DNA of 64,000 bases from Rhabdothermincola salaria. Lineage in GTDB: Bacteria > Actinomycetota > Acidimicrobiia > Acidimicrobiales > Acidimicrobilacustridaceae. The stretch spans positions 434,001 through 498,000 of the forward strand of contig NZ_JAJQXW010000001.1 in NCBI RefSeq assembly GCF_021246445.1, written 5' to 3'. The notes under the pieces were generated by a model. The model was given only the letters and a program-made list of their open reading frames with translations, did not search any database and was not told the DNA's origin. Each line of letters starts with the position of its first letter. Within the stretch, counting starts at the first letter, position 1. A program made the translations under genes and the position numbers. Shown in pieces: positions 1-10,121 of the stretch.

Positions 1-822
1 GTGGCGGGCACCGAGGTCGCCGAGGTCAGCGTGTCCACCGTCGGCGCTTCCTGGGGCTCCGACATCACCAACGCCGCGGTGCGGGCCCTCTTCTTCTTCT
101 TCGCCGCCATCCTGATCTACCTGACGATCCGCCTCGAGTGGCGCATGGCGGTCGCCGCCCTGGTCGCGGTGGCCCACGACGTCCTCATCAGCGTGGGCGT
201 GTACTCGGTGTTCCAGTTCGACGTCACCCCCGGCACGGTGATCGCCTTCCTCACCATCCTCGGCTACTCGATCTACGACACGATCGTGGTGGACGACAAG
301 ATCAAGGAGAACGAGCGCCTCGTCGGTCTCAGCGGCCGGATGGACTACACCCAGATGGTCAGCCTCTCCATGAACCAGGTGCTGCTGCGCTCCATCAACA
401 CCACGATCACCTCGCTGCTGCCGGTCATCTCGCTGCTGGTGGTGGGTGGGGCGATCATGGGGGCTGTCACCCTCCAGGAGTTCGCGCTGGCGCTGTTCGT
501 CGGTCTCGCTGTCGGCGCCTACTCGTCGATCTTCGTGGCCGCCCCCGCGCTGGTGTGGCTCAAGGAGAAGGAACCGAAGAACCAGACCGTGCGCGAGCGG
601 CTGGCGGCGTCGGGTGGCGGGGTCTCCGGGGCCGACCCGGACGCTCGGGGCGTGGCCGCCGGCGTCCGCGGGGCCAAGGCCGTGTCCGCCGCCACGACCA
701 CCTCGACATCCTCCTCCTCGGCCGGCACGCCCTCCTCCTCCGCCGGCACCGGGCGTCCGAAGCCGCCGACGCCCAGCAGCGCCATCCCACCGCGGCCCCG
801 CAAGAAGACCAAGAAGCGCTGA
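1..822 (+). CDS. secF: Protein translocase subunit SecF, C-terminal part (5' truncated by window edge)
   Basis: TVGASWG, HDV, LTILGYSIYDTIVVDDKIKEN, RSINT, GAYSSIF motifs; multiple TM helices; upstream of apt-rel. Confidence 0.95.
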   Translation: MAGTEVAEVSVSTVGASWGSDITNAAVRALFFFFAAILIYLTIRLEWRMAVAALVAVAHDVLISVGVYSVFQFDVTPGTVIAFLTILGYSIYDTIVVDDKIKENERLVGLSGRMDYTQMVSLSMNQVLLRSINTTITSLLPVISLLVVGGAIMGAVTLQEFALALFVGLAVGAYSSIFVAAPALVWLKEKEPKNQTVRERLAASGGGVSGADPDARGVAAGVRGAKAVSAATTTSTSSSSAGTPSSSAGTGRPKPPTPSSAIPPRPRKKTKKR

Positions 823-922
823 GCCAGCCGTCACCGCCGGGCCGGGCTCGTGGGGCCACGCGGTACCGTGGGGGGATGATCGCGCCAGGTCGGCTTCGTC
901 GTCGGATCGGAAGCGACCGCCG

Positions 923-1483
923 GTGACCGACCCGGCGGCCATGGTCAGCGCGCTGGTGCGCGACATCCCCGACTGGCCGCGGCCCGGTGTGGTGTTCCGC
1001 GACATCACCCCGCTGTTGCACGACCCGGAGGCCTTCGGTGCCGTGGTCGACGCGCTCGTCGAGGTCGCCACCGTGCCCGGCCGGCCCGTCACCCGGGTGC
1101 TCGGCGTCGAGGCGCGTGGCTTCGTGTTCGGCGCACCGGTGGCCTACAAGCTCGGCGCCGGCTTCGTGCCCGTGCGCAAGGCCGGCAAGCTGCCCTGGGA
1201 GATCGAGCGTGAGGAGTACGTCCTCGAGTACGGGGTCGACCTCCTCGAGATCCACCGCGACGCCGTGCACCCCGGCGAGCAGGTCGTGATCGTCGATGAC
1301 GTCCTGGCCACCGGCGGCACGGCGGCCGCCACCATCCGCCTCGTCGAGAAGCTCGGCGGGGTGGTCGCGGGGCTGGCCTTCGTGATGGAGATCGAGGGGC
1401 TCGGTGGTCGCCAGGCCCTCGCCGGGCACGACATCGACGTGCTGGCCACCTTCCCGTCGGGCGCCGCTGGAGCGGAGGCCTAG
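923..1483 (+). CDS. apt: Adenine phosphoribosyltransferase
   Basis: DWPRPGVVFRDITPLL, EARGF, VRKAGKLP, LEYG, PRPP-binding VVIVDDVLATGGT; start GTG 923 (ATG 941 alternative). Confidence 0.95.
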   Translation: MTDPAAMVSALVRDIPDWPRPGVVFRDITPLLHDPEAFGAVVDALVEVATVPGRPVTRVLGVEARGFVFGAPVAYKLGAGFVPVRKAGKLPWEIEREEYVLEYGVDLLEIHRDAVHPGEQVVIVDDVLATGGTAAATIRLVEKLGGVVAGLAFVMEIEGLGGRQALAGHDIDVLATFPSGAAGAEA

Positions 1484-1488
1484 GGGCG

Positions 1489-3714
1489 ATGGCCACCGTG
1501 GACCGCGTGCTGCCGTGGCGTCGCCACAGCGCCCCGCCCATCGAGGAGCTGGCGCCGCTCATCTCCGCGTTCCGCACCAACCACCCCAAGGCGCCCATCG
1601 GCCTGATCACGCGGGCCTACGAGTACGGCAAGGACGCCCACGGCGAACAGACCCGCAAGAGCGGTGAGCCCTACATCACCCACCCGGTGGCGGTGGCCAA
1701 GATCTGCGCCGAGTTCGGTCTCGACGACGTCACCCTGGCCGCCGCCATCCTCCACGACGCCCTCGAGGACACCGGGGCCACCGTCGAGGACCTCGAGGCC
1801 AAGTTCGGGCCGGACGTGGTGCGCATCGTCGACGGCGTCACCAAGCTCGACCGCATCAAGTTCGACTCCAAGGAGGCCCAGCAGGCCGCCACGGTGCGCA
1901 AGATGCTGGTGGCCATGGCCAAGGACCTGCGGGTCCTGATCATCAAGCTGGCCGACCGCCTGCACAACATGCGCACCATCGCCGCCATGCCGGCCTGGAA
2001 GCAGGAGCGCACGGCCCAGGAGACCCTCGACATCTACGCCCCGCTGGCCCACCGCCTGGGCATGCAGGAGCTCAAGCAGCAGCTCGAGGACCTCTCGTTC
2101 GCCTCGCTGCACCCCAAGCGCTACGCCGAGATCGACCACATGGTGGCCACCCGCACCCCCGAGCGCGAGCTCTACCTGATGCAGGTGCTCGAGGACGTGA
2201 GCGGGCGGCTCCGGGAGCTGCGCATCACCGCCGAGGTCACCGGGCGCCCGAAGCACATGTGGAGCATCTACGAGAAGATGGTCGTGAAGGGGCGCGACTT
2301 CGACGACATCTTCGACCTGGTGGGCATCCGGGTCGTCGTCGAGACGGTGAAGGACTGCTACGCCGCGCTGGGCTCCATCCACGCCACGTGGAAGCCGGTG
2401 CAGGGGCGGTTCAAGGACTACATCGCCATGCCCAAGTTCAACCTCTACCAGTCGCTGCACACGACCGTGATCGGGCCTCAGGGCAAGCCCCTCGAGGTCC
2501 AGATCCGCACCCTCGAGATGCACCAGCGGGCCGAGTTCGGGGTGGCCGCGCACTGGAACTACAAGGACAACAACACCTCCACCGCCGACCTCACCTGGCT
2601 GAACCGCATCGTCGACTGGCAGTCCGAGACGTCGGATCCGGGCGAGTTCATGGCCAACCTGAAGACCGACCTCGAACAGGACGAGGTCTTCGTCTTCACG
2701 CCCAAGGGCAAGGTCATCACCCTGCCCAAGGGCGCCACCGCCGTCGACTTCGCCTACGCCATCCACACCGAGGTCGGTCACTCCTGCATCGGGGCCCGGG
2801 TCAACGGGCGGCTGATCCCGCTCGACTCCGAGCTCAACTCGGGCGACTCGGTGGAGATCTTCACGTCCAAGGTGCCCGGCGCCGGTCCCAGCCGCGACTG
2901 GCTGAAGTTCGTCGTCACCCATCGGGCGGCCAACAAGATCCGGGGTTGGTACTCCAAGGAGCGGCGCGACGACGCCATCGACGCCGGCACCGAGGACCTC
3001 ATCAAGGCCATGCGGCGCGAGGGCCTGCCGGTGCAGAAGATCCAGGCGTCCGACGCCCTCGACGAGGTCGCCGACCTGCTCAAGTACGTCGACCGCCAGT
3101 CGATGTACGCGGCCATCGGCGAGCACCACGTCTCGGCGGCGTCGGTGGCCGAACGGGTGCGACGTCACCTCCAGGACGTCGATCCCACCCGCGAGGAGCA
3201 ACTCCCCGTCACCGTGCGCGAGCCTCGCAAGCGGCGTCGCAACGGTGCGTCCAAGTCCGGGGTGCACGTCGAGGGCCTCGACGACGTCATGGTGCGCCTC
3301 TCCCGCTGCTGCACGCCGGTGCCGGGCGACGAGATCATGGGCTTCGTCACCCGGGGCCGAGGCGTGTCGGTCCACCGGGCCGATTGCGCCAACGCCGTGT
3401 CCCTCGCCGTGGGCCAGCGTGACCGCCTCATCGACGTCGAGTGGGACGACGCCACCAACTCGGTGTTCGTGGCCTCGCTCGAGGTCAAGGCGCTCGACCG
3501 CTCGAAGCTGCTGCGAGACGTCTCGGCGGCGCTGGCCGAGCACCACGTCAACATCGTGTCGTGCAACACCATCACCGGCACCGACCGCATCTCCAAGATG
3601 CGCTTCGACTTCGAGCTCGGCGACCCCTCCCACCTCGACTCGGTCATCTCGGCCATCAAGCGGATCGACGGCATCTACGACGCCTCCCGCGTGCTGCCCG
3701 GCAAGGGCGACTGA
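1489..3714 (+). CDS. rel: Bifunctional (p)ppGpp synthetase/hydrolase Rel
   Basis: HD hydrolase (ILHDALEDT, KLADRLHNMRT), synthetase RFKDYI and YQSLHT, TGS (FTPKG, DFAYAIHT), CC and ACT domains. Confidence 0.97.
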   Translation: MATVDRVLPWRRHSAPPIEELAPLISAFRTNHPKAPIGLITRAYEYGKDAHGEQTRKSGEPYITHPVAVAKICAEFGLDDVTLAAAILHDALEDTGATVEDLEAKFGPDVVRIVDGVTKLDRIKFDSKEAQQAATVRKMLVAMAKDLRVLIIKLADRLHNMRTIAAMPAWKQERTAQETLDIYAPLAHRLGMQELKQQLEDLSFASLHPKRYAEIDHMVATRTPERELYLMQVLEDVSGRLRELRITAEVTGRPKHMWSIYEKMVVKGRDFDDIFDLVGIRVVVETVKDCYAALGSIHATWKPVQGRFKDYIAMPKFNLYQSLHTTVIGPQGKPLEVQIRTLEMHQRAEFGVAAHWNYKDNNTSTADLTWLNRIVDWQSETSDPGEFMANLKTDLEQDEVFVFTPKGKVITLPKGATAVDFAYAIHTEVGHSCIGARVNGRLIPLDSELNSGDSVEIFTSKVPGAGPSRDWLKFVVTHRAANKIRGWYSKERRDDAIDAGTEDLIKAMRREGLPVQKIQASDALDEVADLLKYVDRQSMYAAIGEHHVSAASVAERVRRHLQDVDPTREEQLPVTVREPRKRRRNGASKSGVHVEGLDDVMVRLSRCCTPVPGDEIMGFVTRGRGVSVHRADCANAVSLAVGQRDRLIDVEWDDATNSVFVASLEVKALDRSKLLRDVSAALAEHHVNIVSCNTITGTDRISKMRFDFELGDPSHLDSVISAIKRIDGIYDASRVLPGKGD

Positions 3715-3882
3715 GCACCCAGCCCCGGCTCGGCGCCACCGGCACCGTCCTGGGCATCGTCTCGGCACATCGACCGCCGGTCTGGTGACCAGGGTCCCTG
3801 GTCGTGCCGGGCCGCGTGGGGCAGGATCGACCTGTGGTCGGACGGGTCCGGCCCGTGGCGGGCCGCGGACGAGGAGGCAGCC

Positions 3883-4431
3883 GTGACGCCGACAGAGAAC
3901 GACCTCACCGAGCGGGAGGTCGCCGACCTCCTCGAGGCCATCGACGACGAGTACAAGGCCCGGGCCACCTACCGGCAGGTGATCGCCGACTTCGGTGAGG
4001 TCCGCCCGTTCATGAACATCGTCGACGCGGAACAGCGCCACATCGACGCACTGGTGGTCCTCTTCGAGCGCTACGGGCTGGCCGTCCCCGACGACCCATG
4101 GCCCGGGCAGGTGCCGCGCTACGAGTCACTCGCCGAGGCCTGCCGGGCGGGCGTGGAGGCCGAGGTGGACAACGCGGCGCTCTACGACCGGGTGCTGCAG
4201 GGGACGCATCGAGACGAGGTGCTCGAGGTGTACCGCAATCTGCAGCGGGCCTCCCAGGACAACCACCTGCCGGCGTTCCAACGGTGCTCCGAGGGTCGAG
4301 GCGCGGGCGGAGGCCCAGGTGGTCGGGGCCGGGGGCCTGGTAGGGGAGGTCGTGGCGGAGGCGGTCCGGGCCGGGGTGCTGGCGGCCGTGGTCACGGTCC
4401 CGGTGGCCCTGGCAACGCCGGCCGGAGCTGA
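3883..4431 (+). CDS. Ferritin-like (DUF2202-type) protein with Gly/Arg-rich C-terminal tail
   Basis: DEYKARATY, AEQRH, AEVDN, ASQDNHLPAF diiron-like motifs; RBS GAGGAGG upstream. Confidence 0.75.
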   Translation: MTPTENDLTEREVADLLEAIDDEYKARATYRQVIADFGEVRPFMNIVDAEQRHIDALVVLFERYGLAVPDDPWPGQVPRYESLAEACRAGVEAEVDNAALYDRVLQGTHRDEVLEVYRNLQRASQDNHLPAFQRCSEGRGAGGGPGGRGRGPGRGGRGGGGPGRGAGGRGHGPGGPGNAGRS

Positions 4432-4488
4432 GGACCTCGTGCGGGTCGTCCCGCACCGGCACGCTTCCGGTCCCGGTGGGGGGCGACG

Positions 4489-5226
4489 GTGAGCACCCTC
4501 GCCTGGATCGTGGTGGCCGGGGTGGCCATGAGTTCGCTGGCCCTGGTCGGCGCGGTCACGTTGGTGTTGCCGCCGAGCACCCTCGATCGGATCCTGCTGC
4601 CGCTGGTGGGTCTGGCGGCCGGGTCCCTGCTGGGGGGCGCCTTCTTCCACATGCTCCCGGCGGCCGTCGACGCGCTCGGCAACGACCTGGCGGTCTATCT
4701 CTGGCTGGTGGGTGGCTTCGGGGTCTTCTTCGTCCTCGAGCAGTTCCTGCACTGGCACCACTGCCACCGCAGCGACCACACGGGGCACCAGCCGCTGGGC
4801 TACCTGATCCTGGTCGCCGACGGGCTCCACAACCTGATCGGTGGGCTGGCCGTGGGTGCGGCGTTCACCGTCGACATCAGCGTCGGCATCGTCGCCTGGC
4901 TGGCCGCCGCGGCCCACGAGGTGCCCCAGGAGCTCGGTGACTTCGGCGTGCTCGTCCACAGCGGCTGGCGCCGCAGCGCGGCACTGCTCTGGAACCTCGG
5001 GTCGGCCCTCACCTTCCTCCTCGGCGCCCTCCTCGCCTACGCCCTCGCCGGGAGGGTCGAGGTGGCATACCTCCTGCCGTTCGCCGCCGGGAACTTCGTC
5101 TACATCGCCGCCGCTGACCTGCTCCCCGAGCTGTCGTCGCATCCCCGCACCCGCGACAAGCTCGAGACCACGCTGGCCTTCGTGGCCGGCCTGAGCATCC
5201 TGCTGGCCGCCACCACCTTCGGGTAG
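4489..5226 (+). CDS. ZIP family divalent metal transporter
   Basis: Multiple TM helices, His-rich loop HWHHCH, DGLHN and HEVPQELGDFG motifs. Confidence 0.93.
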   Translation: MSTLAWIVVAGVAMSSLALVGAVTLVLPPSTLDRILLPLVGLAAGSLLGGAFFHMLPAAVDALGNDLAVYLWLVGGFGVFFVLEQFLHWHHCHRSDHTGHQPLGYLILVADGLHNLIGGLAVGAAFTVDISVGIVAWLAAAAHEVPQELGDFGVLVHSGWRRSAALLWNLGSALTFLLGALLAYALAGRVEVAYLLPFAAGNFVYIAAADLLPELSSHPRTRDKLETTLAFVAGLSILLAATTFG

Positions 5227-5320
5227 GCGTCGGCCCGCCTGATGCCGTCCTTCGCCCCTACCGGAGCGGGCGCGGCCTGGGAAGCTCCACTCGAGAGAGT
5301 TCGCGTCGCGAGGAGGCGCC

Positions 5321-6156
5321 ATGTGGACCGACACGCTGTCGCAGGTCCAGGGATGGTTGGCCAACACCGGGTTCGTCGAAGACCTGGTCGTGGTCGACGG
5401 AGTGCTCGTGGCGCGCCCGTCGGGCCGGCGGTTCGACCCCACCCACGACGTTGTCGTGGTCGACACGCACCGCTTCGAGGGGCAGTCCGATCCGGACGAC
5501 GAGGCCATCCTGTTCGCCCTCGCCACAGTCGACGGTGCGCCGCTCGGGACGCTCACCCTGCCCTACGGCGCCGCGGCCTCACCCGAGGAGGAGGACGTCA
5601 CCGCCGCCCTGCACCAGGCGCCCCCGTCGGCCGCCGAGCTGCGGGCCCACTGCGAGCACGACCACGCGGCCGCCATCTTCCCCGACCGGGCCGCGGCCGA
5701 GCGTGCCGTCGACGACCTTCGACGCCTCGGGTTCGGCAGCGAGCACCTCGGTGTCGCGGTGCACGGCACCGACCTGGTCGTCTTCGAGCACGACCAGGAG
5801 GCCGACATGGAGAGCGACGCCACGATCGGCGCCGAGGTCGGGGTGCCCGTGGGCTCGTCGCCGGCGTCGCGCTCGCCGCCCTGGTCGTGCCCGGCATCGG
5901 TGTGCTGGGCGTCGGCGGGTTGCTCGGCGTGGGGGTGGCCTCCGCGGTCGGCGGCGCCATGCTCGGTGGCTATCTGGGCATCGCCGCCGCGTCCGAGGAG
6001 CGCGACGAGCACGAGGCGCTCGAGCACCTGCCGTTGCAGCCCGGCGAGGTCATCGTGGCGGTGTGCAGCCACGGTCGACGTGACGACGTCGAGGCGGCGT
6101 TCGAACGTCACGGCGGCCGGGTGATCGCCCGCGGGATGCCGGCCATCGGCAGCTGA
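5321..6156 (+). pseudogene. Frameshifted two-domain protein (N-terminal HRFEGxSDPDD domain plus general-stress-17M-like membrane domain); 1-nt deletion near 5851-5853, either real or a sequencing error
   Basis: Frame of 5321 reads sensibly to AEVGVPVG; another frame continues LVAGVALAALVVPGIG...GEVIVAVCSH to the stop at 6156; switch falls in a G run. Confidence 0.7.
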
Positions 6157-6244
6157 GCAACCGAGCGTCGTCCGGGCACGGTCGCACGGGCTCCGGGCGA
6201 ACGGGTTCGTGGCGGTGCAGAGGGCGCCGGTAACCTCGGCCGCC

Positions 6245-7525
6245 GTGTCCGAACCGTCGTCCCGCCGTCCCGAGGCGTTCAAGGCCCCCGTCGGCACCCG
6301 CGACGTCCTCCCCCCGGAGTCCGGGCGGTGGCAGGCGCTGGTGGCCGCCTTCGCCCAGCACGTGGGCCGCGCCGGCTACGGGCTGGTGCAGAGCCCCATG
6401 TTCGAAGAGATCGGCGTGTTCTCCCGAGTGGGGGAGGGCACCGACGTCGTGCGCAAGGAGATGTACGACTTCCTCGACAAGGGCGACCGCCACCTGGCCT
6501 TGCGGCCCGAGGGCACCGCCTCGGTGGTGCGGGCCTTCGTGCAGCACCGGCCGGCCACCCCGTGGAAGGTCTGGTACGCCGCCCCGAGCTTCCGCTACGA
6601 ACGTCCCCAAGCCGGCCGGTACCGCCAGCACCACCAGCTCGGCGTGGAAGCGCTCGGCAGCGCCGACCCCGACCTCGACGTCGAGGTCATCGCTTTGCTG
6701 TGGGACTTCTACGCCTCGCTCGGGTTGCGCCAGGTGGAGCTGGTCCTCAACTCCATGGGCACCACCCAGGACCGCCGTCGCTACGTCGACGACCTGCGCA
6801 GCTGGTTGGTCGGGCGCATCGGTGAGCTCGACCCGGCCGACGCCGAGAAGGTCGAGGCCCACCCCATGCGGGTGCTCGACTCCAAGCGGCCGACCACCAT
6901 CGCGGCCATCGCTGACGCCCCCGCCATCACCGACCGCCTGAGCGACGACGCCGTCGCCCACTTCGACCGGGTGAAGGACGGGCTCACCGCGGTGGGCGTG
7001 CCGTTCCGGCTCGAACCACGTCTCGTGCGGGGCCTCGACTACTACACCCACACCACCTTCGAGTTCGTCAGCGGCGCCCTCGACGCGGCCCAGTCCACCA
7101 TCGGTGGCGGCGGTCGCTACGACGGCCTGGTCGAGAGCCTGGGCGGCCCTCCCACCGCGGGCATCGGGTTCGGATCGGGCATCGAACGGGTCCTGTTGAC
7201 CTGCGACGCCGAAGGCGTCTTCGCCGCCGGGCCGGCCCCGATCGACGTGTTCGTGGTCGACGCCGCCGGTGGCCGCCACGCCCGCGACCTCACCCTCGAG
7301 CTGCGGCGCGCCGGCCTGGCCGCCGATCGGGCCTTCGACGGCCGCTCGATGAAGTCGCAGATGAAGTCCGCTGATCGCAGCGGCGCCGTCCTGGTGGCCA
7401 TCGTCGGCGACGACGAGGCCGCCGCCGGCACGGTCACCGTGCGCCACATGGACGGCGACCGTTCGCAGACCAGCGTGGGCCGCGACGACCTCGTGGCCCA
7501 CGTGCGCGCCGCCGCCGGCCGCTGA
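6245..7525 (+). CDS. hisS: Histidine--tRNA ligase
   Basis: GTRD, KEMYDF, LRPEGTA, FRYERPQAGRYRQ, LVRGLDYY, GGGRYDGL; GTG 8 nt after TAACCT -10. Confidence 0.97.
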   Translation: MSEPSSRRPEAFKAPVGTRDVLPPESGRWQALVAAFAQHVGRAGYGLVQSPMFEEIGVFSRVGEGTDVVRKEMYDFLDKGDRHLALRPEGTASVVRAFVQHRPATPWKVWYAAPSFRYERPQAGRYRQHHQLGVEALGSADPDLDVEVIALLWDFYASLGLRQVELVLNSMGTTQDRRRYVDDLRSWLVGRIGELDPADAEKVEAHPMRVLDSKRPTTIAAIADAPAITDRLSDDAVAHFDRVKDGLTAVGVPFRLEPRLVRGLDYYTHTTFEFVSGALDAAQSTIGGGGRYDGLVESLGGPPTAGIGFGSGIERVLLTCDAEGVFAAGPAPIDVFVVDAAGGRHARDLTLELRRAGLAADRAFDGRSMKSQMKSADRSGAVLVAIVGDDEAAAGTVTVRHMDGDRSQTSVGRDDLVAHVRAAAGR

Positions 7526-7562
7526 CCACCCGCCCCCAGCCGAACACCCGAGGACATCTCCC

Positions 7563-9323
7563 GTGAGCGATCCCACCACCCTCCCGATGCGAACCGACTA
7601 CTGCGGCGCGCTCTCCCCGGCCCTCATCGGCCGCCAGGTGGCGCTGTGCGGGTGGGTGGCCCGGCGCCGTGAGCACGGTGAGCACCTGGCCTTCCTCGAC
7701 CTGCGCGACCACACCGGGCTGGTGCAGTGCGTGGTCGACGGGGCCGCCGAGCTGCGCTCGGAGTACGTGGTGCGCGTCGTCGGCACCGTGCGGGCCCGCC
7801 CGGAGGGCACCGAGAACCCCAACCTGCCGACCGGCGAGGTCGAGATCGGCGACTGCGAGGTCGAGGTCCTCAACACCGCCGAGCCGCCCCCGTTCCAGCT
7901 CGACGAGCGCGTCGAGGTCGACGAGATGGTGCGCCTCGCCCACCGCTACGTGGACCTGCGCACCGAGCGCATGCAGCGCAACCTGCGGGTGCGGGCCAAG
8001 GTCAACGGCGCCCTGCGCAGCGCCATGGACCGCCAGGGCTTCGTCGAGGTCGAGACCCCCATGCTCATCGCGTCGACCCCCGAGGGGGCCCGCGACTTCG
8101 TGGTGCCGAGCCGCTTGTCGCCCGGCCAGTTCTACGCCCTGCCCCAGAGCCCGCAGCTGTTCAAGCAGCTGTGCATGGTGGGCGGCGTGGACCGCTACTA
8201 CCAGATCGCCCGCTGCCTGCGCGACGAGGACCTGCGCGCCGACCGCCAGTTCGAGTTCATGCAGCTCGACGCCGAGGCCAGCTTCGTCTCCCAGGACGAG
8301 GTGCTCGAGTTCATCTCGGTGGCCATCTCGGCCGCCGTGGAGGCCGTCACCGGCGACACGGTGGCGGAGATCCCCCGGATGACGTGGCTCGAGGCCCAGG
8401 AGCGCTTCGGTTCGGACAAGCCCGACACCCGCTTCGGTCTGGAGCTCATGGAGCTCACCGAGGTGTTCGCCGACACCGGGTTCAACGCCTTCAAGGCCCC
8501 GTGCGTCAAGGGCATCCGGGTGCCCGGTGGCGGCGATGCCACCCGTTCACGCCTCGACGACCTCACCGACAAGGCCAAGCGCTGGGGGGCCAAGGGCCTG
8601 GTGTGGATGCGGGTCAAGGACGGCGGGCAGCTCGACTCGCCGGTGGCCAAGTTCCTCAGCGAGGCGGAGCTGGCCGCGCTGGTCGACACCACCGGCGCCG
8701 AGGCGGGCGACCTGTTGTTGCTGGTGGCCGACGAGCGGCCCGCGGTGCGCCACGTGCTGGGCCTGCTGCGCCTCGAACTGGGCCGGCCCCCCGTCACCGA
8801 GGGTGGCCTGCAGTTCCTGTGGGTGGTCGACTTCCCGCTGTTCGAGGCCGTGGGCGACGACGGCTCACCGATCCCGGCCCACCACCCGTTCACGATGCCC
8901 CACCCCGACGACGTCGGCCTGCTCGACAACGACGACGCCCAGGCGTTGCTCGACGTGCGCTCGCAGTCCTACGACCTGGTGCTCAACGGCTGGGAGCTGG
9001 GCTCGGGCAGCGTGCGAATCCACCGAGGCGACATCCAGGCGCGCATGTTCGGGCTGCTCGGGATCTCCGAGGAGGAGGCCCAGGCCAAGTTCGGGTTCCT
9101 CCTCGACGCCTTCCGCTTCGGGGCCCCGCCCCACGCGGGGTTCGCCTTCGGCATCGACCGTCTGGTGGCGCTGCTCGCCGGCGAGGAGAACATCCGCGAG
9201 GTCATCGCCTTCCCGAAGACGCAGTCGGGCACCGATCCCCTCACCCACGCCCCGACCCCGATCGACACCGGGCACCTCGAGGAGCTGGGTCTCCGTCTGC
9301 TCCCGGCCAAGAAGACCGACTGA
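7563..9323 (+). CDS. aspS: Aspartate--tRNA ligase
   Basis: FLDLRDHTG, TPEGARDF, LPQSPQLFKQ, RDEDLRADRQ, HHPFT, GAPPHAG, REVIAFPKT. Confidence 0.97.
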   Translation: MSDPTTLPMRTDYCGALSPALIGRQVALCGWVARRREHGEHLAFLDLRDHTGLVQCVVDGAAELRSEYVVRVVGTVRARPEGTENPNLPTGEVEIGDCEVEVLNTAEPPPFQLDERVEVDEMVRLAHRYVDLRTERMQRNLRVRAKVNGALRSAMDRQGFVEVETPMLIASTPEGARDFVVPSRLSPGQFYALPQSPQLFKQLCMVGGVDRYYQIARCLRDEDLRADRQFEFMQLDAEASFVSQDEVLEFISVAISAAVEAVTGDTVAEIPRMTWLEAQERFGSDKPDTRFGLELMELTEVFADTGFNAFKAPCVKGIRVPGGGDATRSRLDDLTDKAKRWGAKGLVWMRVKDGGQLDSPVAKFLSEAELAALVDTTGAEAGDLLLLVADERPAVRHVLGLLRLELGRPPVTEGGLQFLWVVDFPLFEAVGDDGSPIPAHHPFTMPHPDDVGLLDNDDAQALLDVRSQSYDLVLNGWELGSGSVRIHRGDIQARMFGLLGISEEEAQAKFGFLLDAFRFGAPPHAGFAFGIDRLVALLAGEENIREVIAFPKTQSGTDPLTHAPTPIDTGHLEELGLRLLPAKKTD

Positions 9324-9343
9324 GCGACCCGACGGTCCCGGGT

Positions 9344-10009
9344 TCAGGTGGTGGCCACGACCGTGACGGCGCTGCTGTCGTCGACCTGCACCACCAGCGT
9401 GACGGCAGTGTGGTCGCGCACGGCGCCCAGGCGGTGCTCGGCACCGTCGCCGACGACGGTCTGGTCGACCTCGTAGCCGAGGCGCTCGAGCTCGTCGGCC
9501 AGGCCGGCCACGACCGTGCGCAGCGTCGCATCGCGGGTGGTGAAGGTGACCTTGTGGCCCGCGGCGACCTCGGGATCGTCGCCGTCGACCAACGGGATCA
9601 GGTCGCCGGGCAGGTCGATGCCTCGCAGGGCGGCGGCCACCGTGGGGCGGCCGGTGGGGACGCCGGCCCCGGCCGCGCCTCCGTCCGGCGTCGGCCCAGC
9701 GGTCTCCGTAGCCGTCGCGTCGCCGGGGTTCGACGCCGCTTCGCGCTCGCCTTCGGGGGGACCCACCCCGGCCAAGGACTTCGGCAACCGGGGTTCGAGG
9801 GGACCGTCGGGCAGGGGAGGCAGCTCGCGGCGTCCGAGGCGCCCGGCGGCCTTGTCGCCCAGCCCCACGGCGCGGCCCTCGGCCGCCGCCGCCCGTGCGT
9901 CGCGCTCGGCCTTGGGGCCCTGGGTCATGCGTCGCCACAGGCGGTAGCCGTACACCGCCAGGGCCACCGCGAACCACAGCCAGAAGAGCACGACCAGGAC
10001 CTGCTGCAC
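9344..10009 (-). CDS. Hypothetical protein with N-terminal membrane anchor
   Basis: N-terminal TM (VLVVLFWLWFAVALAVYGY); GTG 6 nt after CAGCAT -10-like hexamer; fills the gap between aspS and the radical SAM gene. Confidence 0.7.
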   Translation of the reverse strand: MQQVLVVLFWLWFAVALAVYGYRLWRRMTQGPKAERDARAAAAEGRAVGLGDKAAGRLGRRELPPLPDGPLEPRLPKSLAGVGPPEGEREAASNPGDATATETAGPTPDGGAAGAGVPTGRPTVAAALRGIDLPGDLIPLVDGDDPEVAAGHKVTFTTRDATLRTVVAGLADELERLGYEVDQTVVGDGAEHRLGAVRDHTAVTLVVQVDDSSAVTVVATT

Positions 10010-10121
10010 GTCTCGATGCTGGCACAGGTTCCGCTCCGCGAGGAACGTCGAAGCCCCTGGTCGGCGGTCTCGCGGGCCCACGGTCGTGCCGCCGGTGGTC
10101 CAGCCGGTAGCATCGGCGCGA

